A stretch of 17,312 nucleotides of DNA from the NCBI GenBank assembly GCA_964423525.1, contig CAYRFU010000108.1, positions 1 through 17,312 of the forward strand, given 5' to 3'. The notes under the pieces were generated by a model, which worked only from the letters and a program-made list of their open reading frames with translations, made no database searches and had not been told where the DNA came from. Below are positions 1-7,811 of the stretch, one piece after another; positions within the stretch are counted from its first letter, which is position 1; each line of letters begins with the position of its first letter. Made by a program: the position numbers and the translations under genes. The stretch comes from an uncultured Burkholderiales bacterium. Lineage in GTDB: Bacteria > Vulcanimicrobiota > Xenobia > Xenobiales > JADMJV01.

Positions 1-3000
1 GGCCGTCTCGATGGTCTCTGAGATCCCCGCTAGCCGCTCTGAAAGAACGCCGAGCAACGAGGTGACTCTCATGATCGGGTCCTGGTCGTCGCCTCCCGCC
101 ATCTGGCGTCGCGAGAACCCTTTCTTAATTTCGTTCCAACGCCCTTGCTGGGTCTCAGTTAAAGTGCCCCGCAGTTCGGCCAGCTTGAGTAAGTTCTGTT
201 CGGCCCCGCTGGTCAGGGTTTGAGACTCGCTTAAATAGTGGTCTTCGATCAGACGGTCCAGCTCCTCTTCGTTCATGATCGGGACCACCTTTTCGGCCAG
301 CTTGTTCATGTTACGGTAGCTGCCTTGGAGCTTGAAAGCCGGTTGGGTGCGGTAGTTGTCGTCCATGGAGGCCGACCGGATATACTCCTGATTGACTTTA
401 AGCAGGACGTCCTGGACCACCAGCAGTTTCTTGAGAACGGAGGTGATGTCGTCGAGTTCCACGGCCGAGTAGTTGTGTTTGAGTTCCGAAGCTGGCACGG
501 GCAACCCCTGGGCTCCTTGAATGAGCTTGTAAAGGTCTTCCGGGTCGCGACCGGCCAGGGGAGCCAAGGCGGGGTTACTGGTCAGCGAATTCTCGAGGTA
601 GGAGAGTTCAAACAGATTTTGCTTGCCCGAAAGGACATCGCCCAGGTTGTAGGTGTCGGCGCGGTTGGCCAACATATCGGGGATCTGAAAACGCCCGCCT
701 GACTCCGTGTAGGGGTTGCCGGCCATCACGATGCAGAACCTTTTGCCCCTCAGGTCGTAAGTGCGGGTGCGACCCTTCCAGACGCCTTCGATCCGGCGCT
801 GACCGTCACACAAGGAGATAAACTTCTGCAGAAACTCCGGGTCGCAATGCTGAATATCGTCGAGATACAGCATCACATTGTTGGCCATCTCGAGGGCGAA
901 GTTGACTTTCTCGACTTCCTGAGCGGCGGTGGCGTTGTTGGCCTCGGCCGGGTCGAGGGAGGTCACCGAATGGCCCAGGGCGGGCCCGTTGACTTTGACG
1001 AACACCAGACCCAGGCGGTTAGCCACGTACTCCATCAAAGTGGTCTTACCGTAGCCCGGCGGAGAAATCAAAAGCAACAGACCCATCAGGTCAGTTCGTT
1101 TGCTATCGCCGACCGAGCCCATCTGCTTGGCGAGATTGTCGCCGATCAGGGGCAGATAGACTTCGTTGATCAACTTGTTGCGCACGAACGCGGTCATGAC
1201 TTTCGGAGTGTACTCTTCCAGGCGGAGACGATGTTTGTGGTGCTCGAGAACTTTGTGACGCTGGCGTTGGTAGGCTCGGTAGGCGGGTACCGTGACGGAA
1301 CGAAAAGCCTCGAGGCGAGCTAAAAACTCGTCGAGTCGTAGCTCCATGCTTCGATCGTGAAGGCGAGGGTGTTGACCCAGTAGCCCCCGCACCGTCGACT
1401 GCGTCACGGCGCTGGTGACTTCGCGTTCGAGCATCCCCTCGGTCAACAGGAGAACGGCGGCTTCCTCCTGCACGTGGCGGGCCCGCTCGTGAGCCTTCTG
1501 GTCGTCGCCCTGAAGCTTCGAAACGAAGGCCGAAATCCAGGTCTTAGCCACCTCCACCTGGCGACCTACCCGACCTTTGAGCCCCTCAAGATGAGCTTCG
1601 AAGGTCTTCAAAGTGCCGGCCTTTTCCAGATGGCGACGGAAACCATCTCGGACCTTAACGGCATCGCCGCTAGTCACAAACCGGGTGGAAGGGCTACCGA
1701 GTTCATAGAGCAGATACTTGCCGGCCTGACGCAGGAACTCCGGGGGGGCCTCCAAGCCGTGGTGCTGGCAGAAGTCGGAGACCGCTTGCTCGAGTTCGCC
1801 GGCCACCTTTTGCTCGGCTGGTGACGGGCCAAAAGTTTTTTGGAGAAGCATTAAACTGCGAGTCTGGTGGAGCCAGTCGGTGGCTGTCTCCTTGCTGGTT
1901 CCGAAAGCCCAGGTCAGAATGGCCAGAGCTCGGGCCCGGGGAGCGTAACGAAGGAGGCCGGCCGTTTGGAAAATACTCAGTAACGATTCCAGGATCAAAG
2001 TAGCGTCGACATCGTGCACCCCACGGTCGTAGCCTTCGTCGTAGCGAGTGGTGGCGTATTGGCGGACTCTCTCGAGCAGTGGTCCGTGAGCGTCCCCTTT
2101 CTTCTCCGAGTCATCGACTGTTCGGAGTAGGTCCTGGAGTAACTCCAGGGAGAGGTCAGCGGCCTCCTTCTCGGCGTCGTCGAGAAGGCAGAAGGCCAGA
2201 TACTCGGCCCGATAGACGGCTGGGGTCTCCGAGACTAACTCTTGCTGCCAAAAAGAGCGGGTCGCCTCAAAGGCTTCGTCCTGAAGTTGCTCCATGTAGT
2301 CGGTGCCGGTAATATGGAGCATCATCCTCTCTTCCCGGGGGATCATGGTCATCTCGACGGGGTCGGTATTGACGCTGAATTTGTGGCGTCCCAATTTGAC
2401 CAGGTCGGCCCCTTCGGCATAGAGCTCCTGGCGATCACGGAGCCCTCGGGTCGACTCCTGGCGGGCAGACTTCAGGCGAGAGAGGAGCTCGTCGGCTTTG
2501 ACGGGGTCGTTGAGTTCTCGCAGTCGTTCAGCCAGGTCGCGGACCTTCATTACCATCGCGTCAGAAGCGAAATAGGAGTTGAGTTTGTCGGTGTCGCTCA
2601 GAGTAGAGGCTCGGCGGATAATCCCTTCCAGAATCCGTTCCCCGGCTGAGACCAGCTGCTGAACTCGTCGTTGACGTTGGTCCACCAGCACTTGCTTCTT
2701 GGCTGAAAACGAATTGTAGACTTCCTCTCGCTTGGCCACCAGGTCGGCCACAAAGGTATCAAACTCGCCGAATTTGGCTTCCAGTTCCTCCAGCTGGAGC
2801 ATCAGAGAAGACAACGTTTCGTCGCATTTTTCGGGAGTCTCGGCCAGGTTCAAGGAGCTGGCCACATTTTGGCTGAACAGCTTGAACTGCACTCCGAACT
2901 CGGCTGTCGATTCGGTTTCGCCCAGTTTCTTGTAGCGGGCCTGAACGAGAGCTCGAGAGCGGTTGAGCTGAGCCAGAACTTCGGAAATCTGCTCGAGAAT

Positions 3001-4989
3001 CTGGGTTCTCTGGGTGGGGTCTTCCACTTTGAGTGAGCCCACCACATCGGAAAGAAGCTCAAGCCCCTGACCGATCGAGTCGAGTTCATCTCGCAGGGGG
3101 ATGACTTGGGAAGCTTTCTGGATCTCTTCGATGCCTGAGGCGGCTTGTTCGATCCGGTCGAGGTAAGGGGTGAAGGCTTTGTCGGTTAGCAAGAACTCCA
3201 CGCACCGGGCGCTGATCTCGTCGAACTTGTCGACGGCGGTCTGTTCTAGCTTTTTGAGCAGCTCTCCATCGACGTAGCGCATCTCCTGGAGGGTGATGAG
3301 GTGGCCCCTCTGGGTGCGAAGTTCATCTAAGGCTTGAACGTAGTCGTCGAGGTCGTCCCAGTCCTCAGCGTGGAGGCCCCGGATCAGGGTCTTGAGCTTG
3401 GATTGGGCTTCTTCGACGGCCTGGGTGGCTTGCTTGCGAAGAGTCTGGACTTTGTCGAACTCGGTTAGAACCAGCTCGGCCGTTTGACGAACCTCGGTCA
3501 ACAGTTCGCTGATCTGGCCAACCTCCTCGTGAGAAAGCCAGTGGTAGTTATCGATGCTCGCGTTAACCTGGTTGATCAGGTCGAGATAGGTGACCGTGGA
3601 GGGGGTCTGGTCTTGAATGCGACGACAGATGGAGTAGCAGTCAGAGATCCCTTTGACCAGTTCGGTATTGCCGATCTTCTCGAGATAGACCCCGGAGCGG
3701 GGAGCTAGTTCGTAGTTTTCCCGCGAGACGAAGGGGGTCTGCCAGATCTGCATTGGGTGAACCTTGGAGGCTTCCATGTTCGGCTCTTTGCGAAAGACCA
3801 CCATGACCCCATCGTCGAACACCGAGAAACCGTGGCAGCGCACCGGAACGGACATCTCCCGGCTGACCAGGTTATAGCTGAGCAGGACTGTCTCACCCTC
3901 TTCAGGATCACGAAAGACATAGAGCACATCCTCGCCGTTGGGGCTCTGAACGGGAGGACGCTCAAGCACAAGACTGGCGAATTCCCCCTCGAACATCCGC
4001 AGGGTTCCCTCGAGCAGGTAATATCCCCCCGGGAAAACGATGCCGTGATTGTTGGGCAGCATAATGCACGACTGACCGATAGCGTCGATGCGATGGACTG
4101 ACTGATCTCGGGTATTATAGACCAGATGGCGCCACTCGTCTTCGCGGTAGGGTAAAACACGGAGAAGCAAAAGCTCGTCGGCATCGTGATAGAGAATTTT
4201 AGCGTCGTGAAGAGCCTGCTTCTCGTGGACCACCGCCTCGCGGTAGACCCCAAGGCCATCCTCGGTGTTGTCCTCGACCTTGACGGTCAGGTCGCCGCCG
4301 ACACATTCGACGAAAGCTTTGTTGGCTACGTTGACGTGAGGGTGCACACCCTGAACGTGATCGGCGCGGGTGGTTTCCACCCATTCAAAACTGTGGCTGG
4401 AAGGGTAGGAGATGACTCCTTTGTCACCCACGAACTGAAAGTGCCCCTGGCGGTCGAGTCGCCACTCTAAACAGCGGCGGTCGCTCTGGCTTTCGCCAGT
4501 CTGAAACTGAGCGATCAGAGTGCCTTCGTAATAGCGCATCTGGCGCAGCCAGACATCTTTGTAGTAGCGGACCATGTCGTCAAAAACTTTGACGAAGTCG
4601 GGACCAGACAGGAAGTGAAAAGGGTCGCTCTGGGAAAGGGGAGGAAACTCAAAGCCGGCCTCTTCGTGCTCGACTTTGTGAAGGCAGAACACATCGGCCA
4701 CTTCGGCCGTCTTGCGACCCATATGGACGTTGTAGCCAAACAGAAGATGGTCACCAACGGCCACGATGTCACGGGGTTGGCAGGTGTTCTCGGTGCGGAT
4801 CCGCTCATTCCCTATGATACGCAACTCTTCCGACTGGAAGATCTCGGAGCGCTTCTGATTGAGCCCGTCGGTCAGTCCTTTGAGTTGACGACCCTGTTCG
4901 CCTAGTCGGGCTTTAAGGACCTCATAGGCTCCGTGCTCGATCTCTTCGCCCGAGGGGTCGGCCGTTACCACCTTCTCTTCTTCAGCCAT
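1..4989 (-). CDS. Giant multidomain AAA+ ATPase with a MoxR/AAA_5-like core. The N-terminus is present and the C-terminus runs past the window start; at least 1663 aa are visible.
   Basis: My own translation of the minus strand is open and uninterrupted from the ATG at 4989..4987 to nt 1. It is not in the supplied ORF track because no stop codon lies inside the window. Walker A is LLLISPPGYGKTTLMEYVANRLGLVFVKVNGP (plus-strand nt about 981-1080). Walker B is NVMLYLDDIQHC (nt 846-875). Sensor-1-like is CIVMAGNPYTESG. An Arg-finger-like motif is IPDMLANRADTYNLGDV. The N-terminal ~440 aa are beta-strand-rich, followed by ~850 aa of helical/coiled-coil sequence. The AAA+ core sits at about aa 1290-1470. 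The plus-strand ORFs 238..4905 in several frames are its antisense shadows. Confidence 0.8.
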   Translation of the reverse strand, partial: MAEEEKVVTADPSGEEIEHGAYEVLKARLGEQGRQLKGLTDGLNQKRSEIFQSEELRIIGNERIRTENTCQPRDIVAVGDHLLFGYNVHMGRKTAEVADVFCLHKVEHEEAGFEFPPLSQSDPFHFLSGPDFVKVFDDMVRYYKDVWLRQMRYYEGTLIAQFQTGESQSDRRCLEWRLDRQGHFQFVGDKGVISYPSSHSFEWVETTRADHVQGVHPHVNVANKAFVECVGGDLTVKVEDNTEDGLGVYREAVVHEKQALHDAKILYHDADELLLLRVLPYREDEWRHLVYNTRDQSVHRIDAIGQSCIMLPNNHGIVFPGGYYLLEGTLRMFEGEFASLVLERPPVQSPNGEDVLYVFRDPEEGETVLLSYNLVSREMSVPVRCHGFSVFDDGVMVVFRKEPNMEASKVHPMQIWQTPFVSRENYELAPRSGVYLEKIGNTELVKGISDCYSICRRIQDQTPSTVTYLDLINQVNASIDNYHWLSHEEVGQISELLTEVRQTAELVLTEFDKVQTLRKQATQAVEEAQSKLKTLIRGLHAEDWDDLDDYVQALDELRTQRGHLITLQEMRYVDGELLKKLEQTAVDKFDEISARCVEFLLTDKAFTPYLDRIEQAASGIEEIQKASQVIPLRDELDSIGQGLELLSDVVGSLKVEDPTQRTQILEQISEVLAQLNRSRALVQARYKKLGETESTAEFGVQFKLFSQNVASSLNLAETPEKCDETLSSLMLQLEELEAKFGEFDTFVADLVAKREEVYNSFSAKKQVLVDQRQRRVQQLVSAGERILEGIIRRASTLSDTDKLNSYFASDAMVMKVRDLAERLRELNDPVKADELLSRLKSARQESTRGLRDRQELYAEGADLVKLGRHKFSVNTDPVEMTMIPREERMMLHITGTDYMEQLQDEAFEATRSFWQQELVSETPAVYRAEYLAFCLLDDAEKEAADLSLELLQDLLRTVDDSEKKGDAHGPLLERVRQYATTRYDEGYDRGVHDVDATLILESLLSIFQTAGLLRYAPRARALAILTWAFGTSKETATDWLHQTRSLMLLQKTFGPSPAEQKVAGELEQAVSDFCQHHGLEAPPEFLRQAGKYLLYELGSPSTRFVTSGDAVKVRDGFRRHLEKAGTLKTFEAHLEGLKGRVGRQVEVAKTWISAFVSKLQGDDQKAHERARHVQEEAAVLLLTEGMLEREVTSAVTQSTVRGLLGQHPRLHDRSMELRLDEFLARLEAFRSVTVPAYRAYQRQRHKVLEHHKHRLRLEEYTPKVMTAFVRNKLINEVYLPLIGDNLAKQMGSVGDSKRTDLMGLLLLISPPGYGKTTLMEYVANRLGLVFVKVNGPALGHSVTSLDPAEANNATAAQEVEKVNFALEMANNVMLYLDDIQHCDPEFLQKFISLCDGQRRIEGVWKGRTRTYDLRGKRFCIVMAGNPYTESGGRFQIPDMLANRADTYNLGDVLSGKQNLFELSYLENSLTSNPALAPLAGRDPEDLYKLIQGAQGLPVPASELKHNYSAVELDDITSVLKKLLVVQDVLLKVNQEYIRSASMDDNYRTQPAFKLQGSYRNMNKLAEKVVPIMNEEELDRLIEDHYLSESQTLTSGAEQNLLKLAELRGTLTETQQGRWNEIKKGFSRRQMAGGDDQDPIMRVTSLLGVLSERLAGISETIETA

Positions 4990-4992
4990 GGT

Positions 4993-7152
4993 TTAGCTGT
5001 CGGCGAGAGTCATATCGCCAAGACCGAGGGAACCAACCGACTCGACCAGCTTCTTCAGTTTGACTTTGTCGGCCCCTTTGGCCTCGCCGGCCAGGTGGTT
5101 GAGCAGCTTGGCCAGGGTTAGGTTCTTGAGGTCGTCGCTACCGAGGGCCGGACTGGAAAGAACCTGTTTGAGATCCTGGGTGAAACTTCGCTCTCCACTG
5201 AGATAGTCGGTGGCCAGCGTACGGCCGGCCTCACCGTTCGAGACGAACGCATCTAGCGATTTGCCCAGAGCGGCGGCGTTGAAGATCTTGTCGACGAACA
5301 CTCCGTCGCCGCCGATAATGTCGATGTTGGCCTGACGGAAAGCTTCCGAGATGACCATGGCTTGAGCCTCGGCGATATCTTTGCTGATTTTGAGCTGTTC
5401 GAGGGCGATGATGCGCTGGTTTTCCAGGCGCAGGCGGAACTCTTCGTGTTCTTTGCTGGCCTCGTCGAGGGCCTTCATCGACTCCGCTTTCTTGGCGATA
5501 CCCTCGGCCTCAGCTAGCAGCTTGAGGCGCACTCCGTGGGCGTCGGTCTCGTGACGGGCTTGCTCGACCTTCACTTCGGCCAGGCCTTCTTTCTCGATGG
5601 CACTGGCGTTAGCTTCCTTGACCCGAACTTCTGCCAGACCTTCCTTCTCGCTGGCGGCCGCGTTGGCTTCTTTGACGCGGGCTTCGGCCATACCGCGAGC
5701 GGCGGTTTCGGCCTGAACTCCTTCCGCCAGTCGAATCTTGGCCGCCGCCTGTTTGTCGGCCACCTCGAGGTCGGCTTCTGCCATCGTCAGCCTTTCTTTG
5801 GCCGTATGGCGGGCCACCTGTTCGGCCGCCTCGGCTGCCTTGACGCTCTCGATCACCTTTTCCTGAGCGGCGGCTTCGGCCTGAATTACTTTGGCTTCTT
5901 TTTGGCGTCGGGCTTCTTCGACCAGGCGGAGTTCTTTGATTCTCTCTTCTTCCTCGGCTACCGTCTTCTCCACCGCCACTCGCTCTCGAATGACGTCCTG
6001 GATGAGTTTCTTCTCCTCCTCCAGGGCCCGTTCTTTCGCGATCCGCTGGAGGTCGGTTTCTCGCTCGCGAGTGATGGCTTCGAGTTGACGGTCCTTTTCG
6101 ACTTTCTCGGCCTCGATGGCGATGATACGCTCACGGTTCTTCTGAGCCACTTCGATTTCTCGCTGCTTGTTCTCGTTGTCGATGGCCAGTTTTTCGTCGG
6201 TCTTGATGCGAGCTTCTTCAGCCTTCTGTCGCTGCTCGGCTTGAGCCACCTCGATAGTGGACCGCTCGGTTGCCTGCTTGGTGGCGATCTGGCGGGCCTG
6301 TTCGGCTTCGGCGTCTTTCTCTTGCCGCTCGAGTTCAAGAATCTTTTCGCGGGCCCGAGTGTCTTGCTCCTTGATCTGCTTTTCGGCTTCCCTTTGGTGG
6401 TGGTTGGTCTGAATGTGCTGCTGAGTGGTTAGCTCGGTAATTTTGCGGATACCCTGAGCGTCGAGGATGTTGTCACGGTCGAGACTCTCGATAGGGGTTT
6501 GTTCCAGGTAGTCGATGGCAGCGTCTTCCAGGTTGTAGCCGTTGAGGTCTTCGCCGATCACCTGCATAATCATGTCCCGGAAGTTCTCGCGCTTGGTGTA
6601 AAGCTCTTCGAACTCCATCTTCTTACCGACCGTCTTGAGGGCTTCCGAGAACTTAGCCGTAAAGAGCTCATCGAGAACCTCGATGTTGGAGGCGCGAGCA
6701 CAGCCGATCAGCTGAGCGACCTGAATGACGTCGTTGACCGACTTATTGACTTTCACGTAGAAAGACACGCGAATGTCGGCCCGAATGTTATCTTTACAGA
6801 TCAATCCTTCGTGGCCCTGGCGGTCGATCTCGATGGTTTTGACCGAGATGTCCATCAGCTCCGCTTTGTGGATGACTGGGTAGACCAGTCCACCGGTGAA
6901 GCTGACTTCGGGCGTCTCGCCCATCTTGTTGATGATCAAAGCCGTTCCCTGATCGACTTTAATGTAGAATCGTTTGAAAACGATGATGGTCACCAGGGCC
7001 ATGAAGGCCAGGACCGCCATCACGATGGGACCATAAATTATGATTCCCGGCACCTCAAGGCCGAGAATGTTCACCCCGAGCAAAGTCAAAAACCGTTCCT
7101 CCACACTTGGCCCTTTCGGTTGAGAGCCACCTTTGGTGTAGCGTTCCCGCAT
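4993..7152 (-). CDS. Flotillin-family SPFH/band-7 membrane protein, long form. It has an N-terminal TM helix, an SPFH domain, a long Glu/Ala/Lys/Arg-rich coiled coil, and a flotillin C-terminal region.
   Basis: The ORF track gives 4993..7167 (724 aa). The TM helix is GIIIYGPIVMAVLAFMALVTIIVF. The SPFH-like core is ALIINKMGETPEVSFTGGLVYPVIHKAELMDISVKTIEIDRQ. There are ~300 aa of EA-repeat coiled coil (for example EAEKQIKEQDTRAREKILELERQEKDAEAEQARQ). The TAA stop at 4995..4993 lies 3 nt before the ATG of the downstream giant ATPase. The codon at 7167 is TTG; the first ATG is at 7152..7150 (MRERYTKGG...), which I use as the start. TTG at 7167 would instead overlap the NfeD stop by 4 nt. Confidence 0.85.
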   Translation of the reverse strand: MRERYTKGGSQPKGPSVEERFLTLLGVNILGLEVPGIIIYGPIVMAVLAFMALVTIIVFKRFYIKVDQGTALIINKMGETPEVSFTGGLVYPVIHKAELMDISVKTIEIDRQGHEGLICKDNIRADIRVSFYVKVNKSVNDVIQVAQLIGCARASNIEVLDELFTAKFSEALKTVGKKMEFEELYTKRENFRDMIMQVIGEDLNGYNLEDAAIDYLEQTPIESLDRDNILDAQGIRKITELTTQQHIQTNHHQREAEKQIKEQDTRAREKILELERQEKDAEAEQARQIATKQATERSTIEVAQAEQRQKAEEARIKTDEKLAIDNENKQREIEVAQKNRERIIAIEAEKVEKDRQLEAITRERETDLQRIAKERALEEEKKLIQDVIRERVAVEKTVAEEEERIKELRLVEEARRQKEAKVIQAEAAAQEKVIESVKAAEAAEQVARHTAKERLTMAEADLEVADKQAAAKIRLAEGVQAETAARGMAEARVKEANAAASEKEGLAEVRVKEANASAIEKEGLAEVKVEQARHETDAHGVRLKLLAEAEGIAKKAESMKALDEASKEHEEFRLRLENQRIIALEQLKISKDIAEAQAMVISEAFRQANIDIIGGDGVFVDKIFNAAALGKSLDAFVSNGEAGRTLATDYLSGERSFTQDLKQVLSSPALGSDDLKNLTLAKLLNHLAGEAKGADKVKLKKLVESVGSLGLGDMTLADS
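5573..5680. repeat. 54-bp imperfect tandem direct repeat (2 copies, 5573..5626 and 5627..5680) inside the flotillin coiled-coil coding region.
   Basis: Copy 1 is acttcggccaggccttctttctcgatggcactggcgttagcttccttgacccga. Copy 2 is acttctgccagaccttccttctcgctggcggccgcgttggcttctttgacgcgg. They are about 75% identical and in phase. They encode the 18-aa protein repeat VKEANA-A-EKEGLAEV-V twice. Confidence 0.7.
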
Positions 7153-7163
7153 CGAGTGGGGGC

Positions 7164-7811
7164 TCAAACTTGAACGAAGTAAAAGTTCCCCTCGGCTTGA
7201 TAGCTCAGCAGTTTGACCAGGTCGTGACGCTTGAGAGCGTTCTCTTTCTTGGCCCGAATTTCGAATTCATAGTCGAGGCCCTCGTGTCGTATGTAACCCT
7301 TGCCAAAAGAGTCTGTGACTCTACCAGTGACCACCTTACATTCCATTCCCACCAGCACCTCCGGTTCTACCGACTGGGCGCTGCGGAAAAGGGGGGCCAG
7401 GGGGCGGACGGCCACCACGGTGGCCAAGATTCCCGCCGCTAGCGAGAGAGCCCCCACCAGAAGCTTGTGGACCCAGGTGACCTGAACCAGAACGGTAGCG
7501 GTCCGTTCCATGGCAAATAGGGAAAGGAGAAAGCCAAAAGCTAGAGTCAGGGTCACTAAAAAGATGGGAGGAACCCCAGACAGGCCCACTTTCCATTGGC
7601 TCCGATGACCTCGGAAAGCTCCCCCAGCCCCGCCATATCCAATGTCGACAGCGTCGGGCGCCAGGTCCACCACGGTAGAGTCGATGCCGATGTCGGGGTC
7701 GATCAATCCCACCATCATCAGGGTCCAGAAGAGGGCGCACAGCCCCAACCCCACCGCGAAGGCCGCGGTGGGGAAGGAGAACAGGATATAGACCAGATCG
7801 TTTTGGGCCAT
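7164..7811 (-). CDS. NfeD/YqiJ-like membrane protein with an OB-fold C-terminal domain. This is the usual operon partner of SPFH proteins.
   Basis: The ORF track gives 7164..7865 (233 aa). I place the start at the ATG at 7811..7809 (MAQNDLVYILF...), which shares one nucleotide with the TGA stop of the upstream channel gene (TGATG). There are two or three hydrophobic helices (FSFPTAAFAVGLGLCALFWTLMMVGLI, VPPIFLVTLTLAFGFLLSLF, LLVGALSLAAGILATVVAV). The beta-rich C-terminus is ECKVVTGRVTDSFGKGYIRHEGLDYEFEIRAKKENALKRHDLVKLL, about 215 aa as in E. coli YqiJ. The position immediately upstream of a flotillin gene matches the conserved NfeD-SPFH pairing. Confidence 0.65.
   Translation of the reverse strand: MAQNDLVYILFSFPTAAFAVGLGLCALFWTLMMVGLIDPDIGIDSTVVDLAPDAVDIGYGGAGGAFRGHRSQWKVGLSGVPPIFLVTLTLAFGFLLSLFAMERTATVLVQVTWVHKLLVGALSLAAGILATVVAVRPLAPLFRSAQSVEPEVLVGMECKVVTGRVTDSFGKGYIRHEGLDYEFEIRAKKENALKRHDLVKLLSYQAEGNFYFVQV

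Noticed and set aside
238-4905. More than ten plus-strand ORFs of 60-180 aa in several frames (for example 238..702, 847..1323, 1474..1824, 2242..2649, 3757..4101, 4615..4905).
   Set aside because: They tile the antisense strand of one continuous minus-strand reading frame (the giant ATPase). They have low-complexity G/V/L/R-rich translations typical of GC-rich antisense frames, and none has a motif.
1-4989. Possibility that 1..4989 is several ordinary genes rather than one giant gene.
   Set aside because: My codon-by-codon translation found no stop in the 4989 frame across the whole interval, and the supplied ORF track lists no stop-terminated ORF in that frame. The only lack of evidence is that it runs off the window.
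5536-6432. 298-aa plus-strand ORF, Leu/Gly/Phe-rich.
   Set aside because: It is the antisense shadow of the flotillin EA-rich coiled coil (GAG/GCC codons read backwards give L/F/G). The same applies to 5891..6088, 5958..6338 (-), 6499..7173 and 7107..7442.
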